Assembly (NCBI RefSeq): GCF_009914755.1
Contig: NC_060925.1
DNA length: 64,000 bases
From: the human T2T-CHM13v2.0 reference genome, Homo sapiens
Reading direction: 5' to 3' (one strand)
The position numbers and the translations under genes are program-made. Below, one piece after another: positions 45,871 to 64,000 of this stretch. The notes under the pieces are model-generated. The model saw only the letters and a list, made by a program, of their open reading frames with translations. It was not told the DNA's origin and did not search any database. Within the stretch, counting starts at the first letter, position 1; every line of letters begins with the position of its first letter.

Positions 45871-46919
45871 GCAAGCTGCTGTTTTTATGGGCCCAGGTCT
45901 AGGAAAAAAGAATCAAACAGCCAGGGGAAAGGGGATGCTCTCCACTGTATATTAAGTTCTATCATAGGGACCATTTTAGCTAAACACAGAAAAACAGAGG
46001 AGGGGGCTGGGTGTGGTGGCTCATGCCTGTAATCCCAGACCTTAGGAGGCTGGATTGCTTGAGCCCAGGAGTTCGAGACCAGCCTGGGCAATAAAGTGAG
46101 ACCCCCATCTACAAAAGATACAAAATTTAGCTGGGTGTGGTGGCGCATGCCTGTAGTTCCAGCTACTAGGGGGCAGGGTGAGGTGGGAGGGTAACTTGAG
46201 CCTGGGAGGCAGAGGTTGCAGTGAGCTGAGATTGCATCACTGGTCTCCAGCCTGGGCGACAGAGGGAGATCCTGTCTCAAAAAAAAAAAAAAAAAAAAAG
46301 AGGAGGAACAAGGAACAATTATCCCCCATTTTACAGATCAAAAGCTGAGTGAAGCAGTGGTCCAGCTGGAATTCAACACCTGAGATATCTGACTCCAGAT
46401 ACCAGCCCTTCCTTGCTTCCCACTAGCTGCCTAACCCAGAGAGGAGATTGGGAAAAGAGAAACAAGTTACAGAATTCAAGAGTAGGTATCATCTGGGGTC
46501 TTCCTGAAGGAACAAGTGTTGCTCCAGAGAAGCCAGAAATTCTTATCTCTGCTTTGCTCTAACCACCTCTTTAGGCTTTATGACTGAAGAGTCCCTTTGG
46601 CCCCTTAACTCCACAAGGCTGACCCTGGTGATCAGCAGCTGAGATCTACATGATACAGTCCAGACACCAGAAGGAGACTGAATCTCTCTCCCAAATCTCA
46701 GCTCTAAAATTCCCAAGAGAGGGCCTCATGGGTCCAGGCAGTGTCTGGTGTCCGTCCTGCAATGGCCAGGAGCCAGGTTTTCTTGTAGGAGTGTGACAGC
46801 TCCTCCTGCAGTCGGGGATCCTGGATGGGGCTGAGGAGAAGTTCCAAGGCAAGGAGGATTGGCATCTGCTCCATAAGTGCATTCTTCTCTTTGCACTTGA
46901 TCTTTTATCTACCTCATAG

Positions 46920-47141
<222 letters not shown>

Positions 47142-47719
47142 TAGTAGAGATAGGGTTTCACCATGTTGACCAGGCTGGTCTTCAACTCCTGACCTCCCCA
47201 GTGATCCACCCACCTAGGTCTCCCAAAGTGCTGGGATTACAGGCATGAGCCACTGTGCCCAGCGCTTTCAGCCAGTTTGACCTCTACTCATGCAAATTTT
47301 ACCTTTCCCTTTATGCCTCACTCCACCTCACGGCTTCACTCTCTTCTCCCTGATCGCACCCCACTGTGACTGCCTGAAATGCCACATGTTTCTTCATTCA
47401 GATTTCTCAGATAATTCAATGGTTCCACCCATAATTCCACACCTGGCCACTTCATAGACAATGACTCACTTAAGGACAGGCTGCCTCAGGGTGCACAGCC
47501 TGTATTCAGGAATCTGCTAGAGCAACACATAGCTGTACCTTCTGCAAGGCTGTGGGCTGGATGACTCCACTGTGGGCGTGGAACACGGGCTGGTGTCATA
47601 AGGAGACATTCTTTATGCCTTAGGCATTGAAAGGATACTCCTTCCAAAAGGCCTTTCCCAGCGTTTCCCCCTGAAATCCACTAACCATAGCATTTCACTG
47701 TTGACACTGCCATATAGTG

Positions 47720-48170
47720 CTAAGTGCAGTTGTCTAACTCCTACTGCCACAGAGATTCAAGTGTACAATGGCTTACACGTGTGAGAAGATTATTTCTTGT
47801 TCAGATATCAAATGCAGAATAAGCAGTCCAGAGAGGAGATGACAGCTTTATGGTGTTGGGGACCTATGCTCCTTCTGACTTGCTGTTCTATCATCCCTTG
47901 GACGGTGGCCTCATCTCCTTGGATCCAGATGGATCACTACCACATTCCAGCCAGTGGGAAGGGGGAAATGCATTTCCTTTTCCTTTAAATGCGGGAGCCA
48001 GAGTTTGCACACCTCACTTCACTCACACCTTGCCAGCCAGAACGTAGTTACAGGGTCACATCAAGCTTGAAGGAGAGCTGGCAAATGAAGTCTATTTTGG
48101 GTGGCCATGTGCCCAGCTGAAAGTTGGGAATTCTATTATTAAAGAGGAAGAGGAAGAGAAGAATGCATAT
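47720..48170 (-). mobile_element. Old MaLR LTR (MLT1J-like)
   Basis: ggagagctggcaaatgaagtct..gggtggccatgtgcccagctgaaa..ttctattattaaagaggaag motifs. Confidence 0.6.
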
Positions 48171-48841
48171 CCCACCATTCTGTCACCGTTTTTGACTGCT
48201 CTCCACTCACTATCCAGTCTGTCACATGCTGGCACATCCCATTCCTGATGCCTTTCCTATGGGGCTCTATTCTTCATCCCCACCAATACCACCATGCATT
48301 GGGCCCTTCCTGCTTTATACCCACTGTCTCATTAGAACGTCCTAGCTGATCCCTTTGCTTTCAGTCACCTTCTGTGATCATTCTATTAATAAATAGCAAA
48401 TCTGATCATATGCCCCTATTGTTTAGAAATCAATGGCTCCCCACTGCCCATAGCAGTAAGATTTTGAATCCTTTTTTTTTTGAGACAGGGTCTCATTCTG
48501 TCACCTAGCCTGGAGTGTAGTGGTGAGATCACAGTCATTGCAGCCTTGACCTCCTGGGCTCAAGTGATCTCCCCACCTTAGCCTCCCAAGTAGCTGAGAC
48601 TACAGGCACACATCACAACGCCTGGCTAGTTATTAATTTTTTTTTTTTTGTAGAGATGGGGTGTCACTATGTTGCCCAGGCTGGGCTCAAGTGATCCTCC
48701 TGCTTCAGCCTCTCAAAGTGTTGGGATTACAGGTGTGAGCAACTGCATTCAGCTGAGTGCAGATTTTTGAATCCCTGAAGTTGTATGCAAATTTTGCCTT
48801 CTTTTTTTTTTTTATTGCAAAAACTTTTTTTTTTTTTTTGA

Positions 48842-49054
<213 letters not shown>

Positions 49055-49558
49055 TGACCTCAATGGGTCAGCCCACCTTGGCCTCCCAAAGTGCTGAGAT
49101 ATACAGGCGTGCGCCACTACGCCTGGCCATTTTACTTTTTCTTTCTTTTTTTTCTTTTAGAGATGGGGTCTCAATCTGTCACCCAGGCTGGAGTGCAGTG
49201 GTGCGAAAATAACTCACTGGACTCAAACAATCCTCCTGCTTTAGCCTCCTAAGTAACTAGGATTACAGACATGTGTCACCATGCCTGTCTATTTTTTATT
49301 TTAAATTTTTTTTTGTAGAGATGAGGTCTTGCTATTTTGCCCAGGCTGGTCTTAAACTCCTGGCCTCAAGCAATCCTTTCGCCTTGGCCTCCCAAACTTT
49401 TTCTGTTGAGGCCTTTGCATTTTCAAAGGGGTCTGTTATTCCCCTCAAGTTACAGGCACAAGTCCAAATTCCAAGTATCCATGTACGAGTGTGGTATGTT
49501 TCCTGACCTCCCTTTCACGTCTCCTGTTTAGTCACGTCTCCTGCGTAACTGAAACTAA

Positions 49559-49954
<396 letters not shown>

Positions 49955-51051
49955 TAGTGGTCGTTAGCTTACATCTGCCCCCCACCAACAAACCATTAAC
50001 TCTGGAGCCCAGGACTCTGAATGGACACTCCACAAATGTTTATTGAATAAATGTCACTCATGCTAAAAAAACTGGAGTGCTGTTTCTAACATGTGAATCT
50101 GAGCATTGCTTCCTTTTTGCGGAGGAGCGGGGAATGGTGTCTGGCTGTAACCCAGGCTTGAGTGCAGTGGTGAGATACCGGCTCACTGCAGCCTCTGCCT
50201 CCCCAGTTGAAGCGATTCTCCTGCCTCAGCCTTCCAAGTAGCTGGGATTACAGGCACATGCCACCACACCCAGCTAATTTTTGTATTTTTAGTAGAGATG
50301 GGATTTCACCATGTTGTTCAGGCTGATCTCGAACTCCTGACCTCAAATGATCTACCCATCTTGGCCTCCCAAAGTGCTGGGATTACAAGCATGAGCCACT
50401 GTACCCAGCATAGGCACATTAATATTATTTGAATGGCCCAAATCAATGTTCTCTCTTGTTTTGGAGCTTTATTCTTGCTTCTTCCTCTGCCTGGAACGTT
50501 CTCCTGCTCCTCTTTGCCTGGCTAGCTCCTACGTATCCTTCAGATAGTTAAAATATACCTCAGGAAGTCTTCCTGGATCCCCTCCCCACTTCTAGGTGAA
50601 GGGGGTACTAGGCTGAGGGCCCCATCTATGCACACCCCCAGCACCCTATGTTCGCCCAGTTGCAACGTGGCTCTCACTGCAAGGCGGTGGCTCATTTGTC
50701 TTCCTTCCCTGCTCACATGCAGTGCACTCTGTGCCTAACTCACCCGCTGGCGTAGCCCCAGCCTCAAGCACAGCACTTGGAAGGGAAGAGGTACCTGATA
50801 AATGTGTTAAATGTGGGTTAGAGGAATGGATTTCTCCATTTTAAATCTTGATTTCAATACCTTTCTGTTGCCTTTGGAATAAAGCCTTACCACAGCTTTT
50901 ACAGCACTTTCTGATGTGGTCTCCATGTAATTTTAGTCTCGTCTCTTAAAAATATACCCTTTGATTTCAGTGTCCCACTCAAACATGGTAGCCACACTGA
51001 ACTGAATGAAGGCCCCCAAATGCCTGCTTTCCCTTCTTCCAGCCTCTGCAG

Positions 51052-51736
51052 TGAAACTGCCATTGCAAACTTGTAACAGACAGTGAAAGAGATCTGACCT
51101 AACCAACTTCATCTTGCTTCTAACCTCCAAGCTGTCCTTGTTGGTTCCTGGGCACAGGCTGAACTGACTTTGGGAGAAAGTTTATAGTTTAAAACAAAGA
51201 TGATAACAGCCCTTTCCCAAAACAAACCTCCTTCTTGCCTGGGGACTAGACTGCCTTTGCAGGACAAGAAATTAGCCACAAGATTAGAAATTATGGTTTA
51301 GGAGTCATGCAGCTGGAGACTACCAGGTTCTGACCCTCCCTAAACTGCTCCTCAGATCAGTGCTTGAGACATTTTGCAGACCCTGCACTTGATGGATCGG
51401 CTGGCACCACCCAGATCAATAAACTGGCTCATCTGATCTTGCAGCCTCCACCCAGGAACTGACTCAGCGCAAGAAGACAGCTTCGACTCTCTATGAGTTC
51501 ATCTCCAACCTGACCAATCAGCACTCCCGGCTCACTGGCTTCCCCCCATCCACCAAGTTGTCCTTAAAACTCTGCTCCCCGAATGCTTGGGGAGACTTAT
51601 TTGAGTAATAATAAAACTCTGTTCTTCTGCACAGCCAGCTCCGCATGAAATTACTCTTTCTCTATCGCAGTTCCCCAGTATTGATAAATCGGCTCTGTCT
51701 AGGCAACCGGCAAGGTGAACTCACTAGGCAGTTATG
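51052..51736 (+). mobile_element. Full-length solo LTR8-family LTR
   Basis: TGAAACTGCC start, GGCAGTTATG end, 4-bp TSD GCAG (51048-51051, 51737-51740), AATAAA ~51610. Confidence 0.9.
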
Positions 51737-52026
51737 GCAGTACTCTTCTGCCTGGCACACTCACCTCTCATTCCGCTTCCTTTTCTGCCTAACATCCAGT
51801 AATCTTTAAGTTCATTGGCCCTTTCTCCAGGAAGCCTCCCTTGACTTTCTAAGGCCAGCTCTGGTGCCCTTTAGTGGTACCTCTCTGGGCTTCCTTCTGA
51901 CCTTCTATGTGTTTTCCCTAGTGGATGATGAGGCAAGAGACTGAACTGGACTCACTGTGATGTCTCTAGTGCTGGGAACAGTGTCAGGCACCTGGCCGGT
52001 TTATAAATATATACATATACATTTGA

Positions 52027-52177
<151 letters not shown>

Positions 52178-52734
52178 TAAAAATATTTTTGGTGAAGACA
52201 GGGTTTCATCATGTTGTCCAGGCTGGTCTCTAACTCCTGACCTCAAGTGATCTGCCCGCCTCAGCACCCCAATCAATAGATATTTTTAAATGAATTTTAG
52301 AGCTGAGGGACAGTGACAGGAAGGCAGGCTGTGCTTGTTCATCTCACCACACTCTGAGCTCAGACATTCCAAAGGAAAGAAATGGTTATAAAGGATGAGA
52401 TCATATGCTCATGTCCAAAACTCAAGATTAAAATAAAATTATTAAAAATCTCAGAAAGGATGGACAGTCTTTTGATAGTGATGAATAAGTAATCTTCAAG
52501 CTCTAGGAAACCCAGTTTGCTTTTCCTGGTAAATAAGTTGTTTTTAATATGATTTCATTTTTTTAAAGTGACCCAATGAAAATTGCCACCTAATATGAGA
52601 TGCAGAAATAAATCCTAAACAGGCAACACAGGACACAGACCCCATCCTGCTGTCTGCAGAGACAATAGGAAATAAGACCCGCACTGCAAATTCCCAAGAA
52701 CCAAGAGCAAAGATATGCAAAGAAATTTTGAGAC

Positions 52735-54959
<2,225 letters not shown>

Positions 54960-55198
54960 CTACAGGAGAAAAAGGAAAGAAGAAATAAATATCATCCAAT
55001 CTGCCTCCTGCCTGGGGGAGAAGGGCAAGTTGGGAGTAGGGGGTATGCCTGGGACACAGGTGTCTATTAAGGCTTCCAGAGACCTCGGTAGAGAAGATTC
55101 GAATGGCATGAGGATCACCAGAAATGCGGTCCCTTCCACAGAAACAATAGTGACTCCTGGGAAATCTGTGACAACAGAAATAAAGAAGGGCCATCTAG

Positions 55199-55441
<243 letters not shown>

Positions 55442-56090
55442 TGAAGTGGTCCGCCCACCTTGGCCTCCCAAACTGCTGGGATTATAGGTGTGAGCTACTG
55501 AGCCCAGCCCCACTTTTTTCTACTTTAAATTGGAAAACAGGAAATAAAATAACTCTTGCTGTTCCATTACATGTATCTAAGTGAAAGTTCGCATTTTGGT
55601 GTGTTTTCCTCCAATCTTTTCTCCTGTGCAAATTTGTTGTTGGTTCTTTTTTTTTTTTTAATTTTTTAAACCTGTCTCACTATGTTGCCCAGGCTGTTCT
55701 TGAACTCCTGGGCTCAAGTGGCCCACCCACATTGGCTTTCCAAAGTTTTGGGATTACAGACATGAATTTGCAATCCTGTCCTGTCCTGCACCTGTCCTGT
55801 TGTTGGTTTTTAAATAAAGGAATTATATTGTATACCAACTTTGAATTTGCTTTTATTCTTAATTTACCATGATATGCTATAAGATGTTTCTCTATTCTTA
55901 CATAGCCATTATAATGCATGATTTTTCTTTTTGGCTGTGTAATATTCCATAATTTACTAATTTTTGCTAATTATGGAAATATTCCATAACTTCCTTTCAG
56001 TGGAAATGTATGTTGTTTCTAAGTCTCTGCCATCATAATCTTAGTGCAAAAAGCATTTTCCCATTTTAAATTATTTCCTAAGGACTGGTT

Positions 56091-56940
56091 CTTTTATTAT
56101 TATTATTATTATACTTTAAGTTCTAGGGTACCTGTGCACAACATGCAGGTTTGTTACACATGTATATATGTGCCATGTTGGTGTGCTGCACCCATTAACT
56201 CGTCATTTACAGTAGGTATATCCCCTAATGCTATCCCTCCTCACTCCCCCCACCCCACGACAGGCCCTGGTGTGTGATGTTCCCTGCCCTGTGTCCAGGT
56301 GTTCTCATTGTTCAATTCCCACCTATGAGTGAGAACATGTGGTGTTTGGTTTTCTTTCCTTGCGATGGTTTGCTCAGAATGATGGTTTCCAGCTTCATCC
56401 ATGTCCCTACAAAGGACATGAACTCATCCTTTTTCATGGCTGCATAGTATTCCATGGTGTATATATGCCACATTTTCTTAATCCAGTCTATCATTGTTGG
56501 ACATTTGGGTTGGTTCCAAGTCTTTGCTATTGTGAATAGTGCCACAATAAACATACATGTGCATGTGTCTTTATAGCAGCATGATTTATAGTCCTTTGGG
56601 TATATACCCAGTAATGGGATGGGTGGGTCAAATGGTATTTCTAGTTCTAGATCCCTGAGGAATCACCGCACTGTCTTCCACAATGGTTGAACTAGCTTAC
56701 AGTCCCACTAACAGTGTAAAAGTGTTCTTATTTCTCCACATCCTCTCCAGCACCTGTTGTTTCCTGACTTTTTAATGATCTCCATTCTAACTGGTGTAAG
56801 ATGGTATCTCATTGTGGTTTTGATTTGCATTTCTCTGATGGCCAGTGATGATGAGCATTTTTTCATGTGTCTTTTGGCTGCATAAATGTCTTCTTTTGAG
56901 AAGTGTCTGTTCATATCCTTTGCCCACCTTACAAGAAAAA
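56091..56940 (-). mobile_element. 5'-truncated L1PA (3' ~840 bp: ORF2 C-terminus and 3'UTR)
   Basis: ORFs MFIVALFTIAKTWNQPKCP... and [24 protein letters not shown] are the L1 ORF2p C-terminus; (TTA)n tail; imperfect TSD AAGGACTnnnTCTT. Confidence 0.95.
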
Positions 56941-57088
56941 GGACTCACTCTTAGAAGTGGGCTCAGAGGCTGGGTGCAGTGGCTCATGCCTGTAATCCCA
57001 GCACTTTGGGAGGCCAAGGCCGGTGGATCACCTGAGGTCGGGAGTTCAAGACCAGCCTGCCCAACATGGAGAAACCCCATCTCTACTA

Positions 57089-57247
<159 letters not shown>

Positions 57248-58779
57248 TCAAAAAATAAATTAATTAATTAAATTAAATAAAAAGAAGTGGGCTCACAGCA
57301 TTAAGGGACATGCACATTTTCACCTCCTGATCTGTGATGTCACAGCACTCTTTACATTGACACGGTGATGCAGGAAGCTGGCAGTCCCACTGTCTAAAGA
57401 AGCTGCACCCAGAGGGCTCTCATCAGGCACCACCGGCCTGACTGAGCAGCTGCAGTCTCTTATGAATGAGCTCAATCCCATGTACAGAATTCTGAACTCT
57501 AAACAGCTCCAAAAACCACACTCTTTAGATAACTTATTGGGAGCTGAAACCTGACCTGAGGCTGTTGGCCTACTGTGAATATTTTGACATTTTGCTGCTG
57601 TAAAGGGTTTGATGGGTAGAGGACACCCAAGACCCCACTAGATTGTTCTTTATTGCATATGCACAGATTTACTTCCTAAAATATGGACAATTCTTTCACA
57701 GAAGCAGGCAGGAAGTGTAGGAAGTGTAACACCCAGCTGAACACTCTTCAGGTTTTTCCCATGCACGGGGATAGAATCCAGCGGCCATCAGGGCTCCCAC
57801 GCATGCAAATAACTATAAAGCACGGCAAAGCACTAAACGAGTCAGAAGACAGGAACAGAGTGAGCTCAGGGGAGAGGATGGGCACTGTGTGCCAGGGCGG
57901 GGTAGAAGATGGCTCGGGGGGAGGCAGAGGAAGGAAGTGGCATTTCAGTGGGACCCCCGAAGATGGCACATGGGCTTCTCAAAACATACAAACTCTTTCC
58001 CCGAAAAGCCCTCATGACTCCCTGGACTTTTCTTTTACCACTCGTTCTATGCTCGTATTTGTGAGGTTATTTGATAAATTTCAGTCTCCACGAGGTCAAG
58101 AACTTGATCTGGCCTGTTCACTGCTGCATGTTGGCACCTGGCCCAGGGCCTGGCATTTGGTCCGCCCTCAACAAACATTGTTGAAAGAGAGAATGCTGCA
58201 CAAGAACCTAACGGTATTCATTCAAGCTGATGGAATCTAAATCCTAGTGAATGGGTTCTTACATTGGAAAGTACTGGAACAAAACAAAGATTTTAAGCAG
58301 GGAGTCCTGTAAAAGCCTCCTAAAGGAGGAGCCTGGGTTTATGTAGGCCCGAGTTCCTGCTCCTGAACTTCATCTGCTGTGCCTTGTCAATCCTAAGCCT
58401 CTATGTAAACACAGAGTATGTACTGACAGTGTTTACGGAGAAGAGCCACAGGGCCAGTCCCAGGGGAGGTGCACCTTTTAACAGGGTCCATCTGGAGGAC
58501 AGCCTGCAGCTGTGGACTCTTCGACTGCAGACATGGAGAGCAGAGGACCCCATTCAGCTCAGGAGGTGTGGCCAGAGAGACCACTTGGCGAGGGTTAGTG
58601 TTCCTCAGATGCCTCTGCCAGAACTCTGGGAACAAGCCCATGCCATGCAGCTCCCATGGGAGCCAGGTATGGTGAGCCTCTGCTCGACAACACTCCAGAG
58701 CTGCTCTAGGAGACCCCGACTGAAGAGATGGGGAACTAGCCAGGTATGGTCAAAATTTGCGTGTAACTTCAGGGATTCA

Positions 58780-59046
<267 letters not shown>

Positions 59047-59569
59047 TCATCACTAGTCCACTATGCATCACCCAAAGATGAGCAAGGCATAACCTCTGCC
59101 TTCAAGAAGTTTTCAATCTGATGGGTGCTTTAAAGAAGCTGCCAAAATGAAGGGTGGGCTCTGAGACCCAGAAGAGGCTGGGTGGCAGATTTCCTCAAAT
59201 TGTCTTTAAATCTAGGGAAAGGGCCTGGCCAGCTGTTCTGGGAGTTCTGCATTTATACCGAACTTTAAATGTTGATGAAATAAACCAATTTCAGGACATG
59301 AATTCTCTCCCAGTTTTCCAAAGACATTCCCAAATGAGCTCTGCTGCTAACATCTAAGCCTCCATAGGAAAGATGAATACGGAAATGATATGGTGGGTAT
59401 GATAAGGGCCAGACTTTCCCTCTAAATGTGAAGCACCAGGTACAAGCCTTGGTGCTTGGTAGAGCCTTGTCAAAAGCTCCCTTTTCCCACTGAAATGTCT
59501 CACCCTGTGGATGGAGACACTGTGCTCCCCAAAGTCACCCTTGGGAATCTGCATGTGAATCAACCCTGA

Positions 59570-60388
<819 letters not shown>

Positions 60389-60966
60389 GACTGAACCAAG
60401 TCTGTCAGTGGCTTCTCCCTTCAGGGGTCAGTCGCCCTACTCTGATTGGTTCCCCTAATTCAAGACCTTTGTTCTCCCTGCTCCCTCCAGACACTGTCTG
60501 TAAATGCCATGTTCCCTGCTGGTTGATGTGGTGGTTTTTTTTTTGTTTTAGCTATCACTGTTCATCTATTCATAATTAAAATAGTTACCATCCCCTGTGT
60601 GCTCCTAGATGTCAGATTCAGCCTTTATAAACATTACAGTATTTAGATAGAGTCTACTGCTGTCCCCATTTTACAGATGAGCATCTAGAGGCCCAGAATA
60701 CTTAGGTCACCTACCCAAAGGAACCTACCCAAAGTCACTGAACCTAGATTCAAACTCATGAGTGTTTATTTTTTATTTTTTTTTTTTTTGAGACAGGGTC
60801 TCACTCTGTCACCCAGACAGGTGTTTCCTGGTATGATCACGGCTCACTGTAGCTTCATCTTCCCGGGCTCAGGCAATCTTCCTGCCTCAGCCTCCCAAGT
60901 AGCTGGGACTACAGGTGCAAGCCACCACACTCAGCTAATCTTTTTCTATTTTCTGTAGAGAGGGGG

Positions 60967-61319
60967 TGATATGGTTTGGCTGTGTCCCCACCCAAATCTC
61001 ATCTTGAATTCCCATGTGTTGGGGGAGGGACCTGTGGGAAGTAATTGAATCATGGGGGCAGGTCTTTCCTGTGCCATTCTCATGATAGTGAGTAAGTCTC
61101 ATGAGATCTGATGGTTATTATAAGGGGGAGTTTTCCTGCAAAAGCTCTCTCTTTGCTTGCTGCTATCCATGTAAGATGTGATTTGCTCCTCCTTGCCTTC
61201 CGCCATGATTGAGACTTTCCCAGCCGTGTGGAACTGTAAGTCCAATTAAACCTCTTTCTTTTGTAAATTGCCCAGTCTCGGGTATGTCTTTATCAGCAGT
61301 GTGAAAACAGACTAATACA
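60967..61319 (+). mobile_element. THE1 solo LTR inserted inside an AluJ (~60775-61430)
   Basis: TGATATGGTTTGGCTGTGTCCCCACCCAAATCTC...GACTAATACA; 5-bp TSD GGGGG (60962-60966, 61320-61324). Confidence 0.93.
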
Positions 61320-62169
61320 GGGGGTCTCACTTTGTTGCCAAGACTGGTCTCAAACTCCTGGGCTCAAGCAATCGTCCTGACTTGGCCTCCCAAAGTGTTG
61401 GGATTACAGGCAGAAGCCACTGCACCTGGCCTCATGAGCGTTTAAAGTCCATGCTTCTAACAATCATGCTTGAGTTGTCTGAAATGCAACAGATCCCACA
61501 ACTCTTCCACCATCAGAAAACAGCCACTTAGCTCTCTCGTACCTGTGACAGACCTCCAGAGATACCCAGGAGAGCTCTCAGATCCACTGCCTGATTATCC
61601 TAGCTAACCAGGGACTTCCAAAGCTCATGCCTGCCTGCCTGTCCCACGGGCCTCCCATCTCAGGCCTCTTCGGGCATCAGCAGTGGCTACTCCTTAGAGG
61701 GCCAGGGGCCTTTGATGTACAAACCTGTTCCAGATTAAGGGCTGCCTCCTTCTCCCCCAGGACAACCCAGCAGGGAGCTCATTAACACAGATCCTTTGTT
61801 TGACCACATAATGTTTGGAAAAGGAGGCTCTGGTTTCCAGTAGCCCACCCCTGTTCCCATATGAATGTCAAGAAGGTCAGTGCCCTCTAATGATCTTAGA
61901 AATGGCTTTGGGGTGAAGCTAAGATTCACAGGACCTAGAGTCACTGGATGAGTGCCTGCTGTCTGGGTGTGACTGAGGGACTCAGCAGCTTAAATTGCTG
62001 ATGAGTCAATCTTTGGGTAGTTTAAATGTGGCCCAGTAAGAGGTGCTGTCCCTGGGCAGGGAGATGACTCTCTTCCCCTCTCCAGGTTTTTGTTCCCTTT
62101 GAATTGCGGCTGTTAAGAAAGCATAAAGTCATCTGCTTAAATCATTAAATTACAGTGCCAATATTAAGG

Positions 62170-62770
62170 AGTCAGACCTGGGCTTGAATCTCTGCTCTGC
62201 GAATCAGTAGCTTGAAAATCTTAGGACAGTTACATAACATCTCCAGGCCTGTTTTCTCATAAGTAAAAAGTGGGGTCGATATCTATCTCACTGGATTACT
62301 GAGAGGATTAGAGGTAATGCATGGGAAAGGTTTAGTTCCCAGGAGCACTCTAGAAATATTATTATATCTACTGTAATTATCAGGAACAAGGTCACTTACT
62401 GTTGACTTACCTCCAAAGTTTAGGGGTTCACTCATTCATTTGTTGATTGTTTCAATGATATGTGGCGGGCACTCTACTAGGTGTGGGAGCCAGAGACATG
62501 GATGCTTCAATGTGACAACAGTGATGATGATGGAACGTTAAGGGTATGGGCCCAGGAGTTTAATGGAGCCGGGTTCCACTAGCTGAGTAATCTTGGGTAT
62601 GTAACCTAACCATTTGATGCCTCCGTCTCCTTGAGCAAAGTGGGGCAGCAGGAAGACGGTCAATCTCACAAGATTGTTGTGGGGTTTAAATGAGATGGTC
62701 CATGGCAAATGCTTAGTACAGTACCTGACACAGAGTAAGCCCTCCATGTGTGTTGGTTACTATTGTTACT
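62170..62770 (+). mobile_element. Two MIR fragments (~62170-62350, ~62560-62770)
   Basis: ggagtcagacctgggcttgaatc..ttttctcataagtaaaa; gcttagtacagtacctgacacagagtaagcc. Confidence 0.7.
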
Positions 62771-63008
62771 GATTAGTTACTATTGTCATCATCATCATTG
62801 CCGTCACCTTACGAGGAAGTTTATTTAAGAAGCCTGTGACTGACAGTGCAACTTCAAGTAGGCTGGCTCGATGGAATGGGCTGCTTCAGAAAGTGGGTCA
62901 GTGTCCGAGAGGCACTTTCAGTTAAGTGACTACAGAGATGACTCTGTAAGGTTGATTCCTTCTGAAGGCTTTTGAGTCCCTGCTGGACAGCAGAGCTTCC
63001 CCATCTAA

Positions 63009-63646
<638 letters not shown>

Positions 63647-63649
63647 TAA

Positions 63650-63772
<123 letters not shown>

Positions 63773-64000
63773 TAAATCCCACAACAGCCTTAGGAAGCTG
63801 ATTTTGTTGCATTGCCATAGGATTCCTTGAATTCTGCTGGCCGGCAAGGCACTCTGAGGAGGGGAAGTTAAACAGCTACTTTTTTTTTTTTTTTTAAGAG
63901 ATGGGGTCTCCCTATGTTGCCTAGGCTGGTCTCGAACTCCTGGGCTCAAGTGATCCTCCCGCCTCAGCCTCCCAAAGTGCTGGGGTTACAGGTATGAGCC

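Noticed and set aside
56312-56914. Reverse-transcriptase-related ORFs
   Set aside because: C-terminal fragments of ORF2 from a truncated L1PA.

Overview
Human genomic DNA, almost certainly chr1p31.3. The identification rests on recognising the proteins and on a human-specific AluYb8. The window is very Alu-dense. It holds the complete L1TD1 gene on the + strand: a domesticated LINE-1 ORF1 with two non-coding exons (~11460-11525, 13038-13131) and two coding exons (CDS 23243-24250 + 26398-27987 = 865 aa). On the - strand, converging on it, are the terminal exon, 3'UTR and last intron of KANK4 (CDS part 54855-54959). Around L1TD1 lie four retrocopies: PIGP, RPS15A, RPL36 and a Y1 RNA inside the 3'UTR. 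Other repeats are the 5' end of a HERV-K provirus nested in an LTR8, two more LTR8s, THE1/MLT/MER31 LTRs, L1/L2/MIR/MER fragments and a very large number of Alus. Almost all ORFs in the supplied track are Alu artefacts. I found no wholly new multi-gene system. The best leads are: (i) a 9 x 40-bp minisatellite starting exactly at the L1TD1 exon-1 donor that repeats the donor and would add a uORF; (ii) an ancient duplication inside the last coding exon that copied the splice acceptor in frame around the Glu-rich repeat; (iii) a sense Y1-RNA copy in the 3'UTR directly behind a proximal poly(A) signal; (iv) a chimeric AluYb8/AluY trimer; (v) an inverted duplicate bracketing the KANK4 terminal exon. 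Repeat subfamily names come from remembered consensus sequences and need RepeatMasker/Dfam confirmation.
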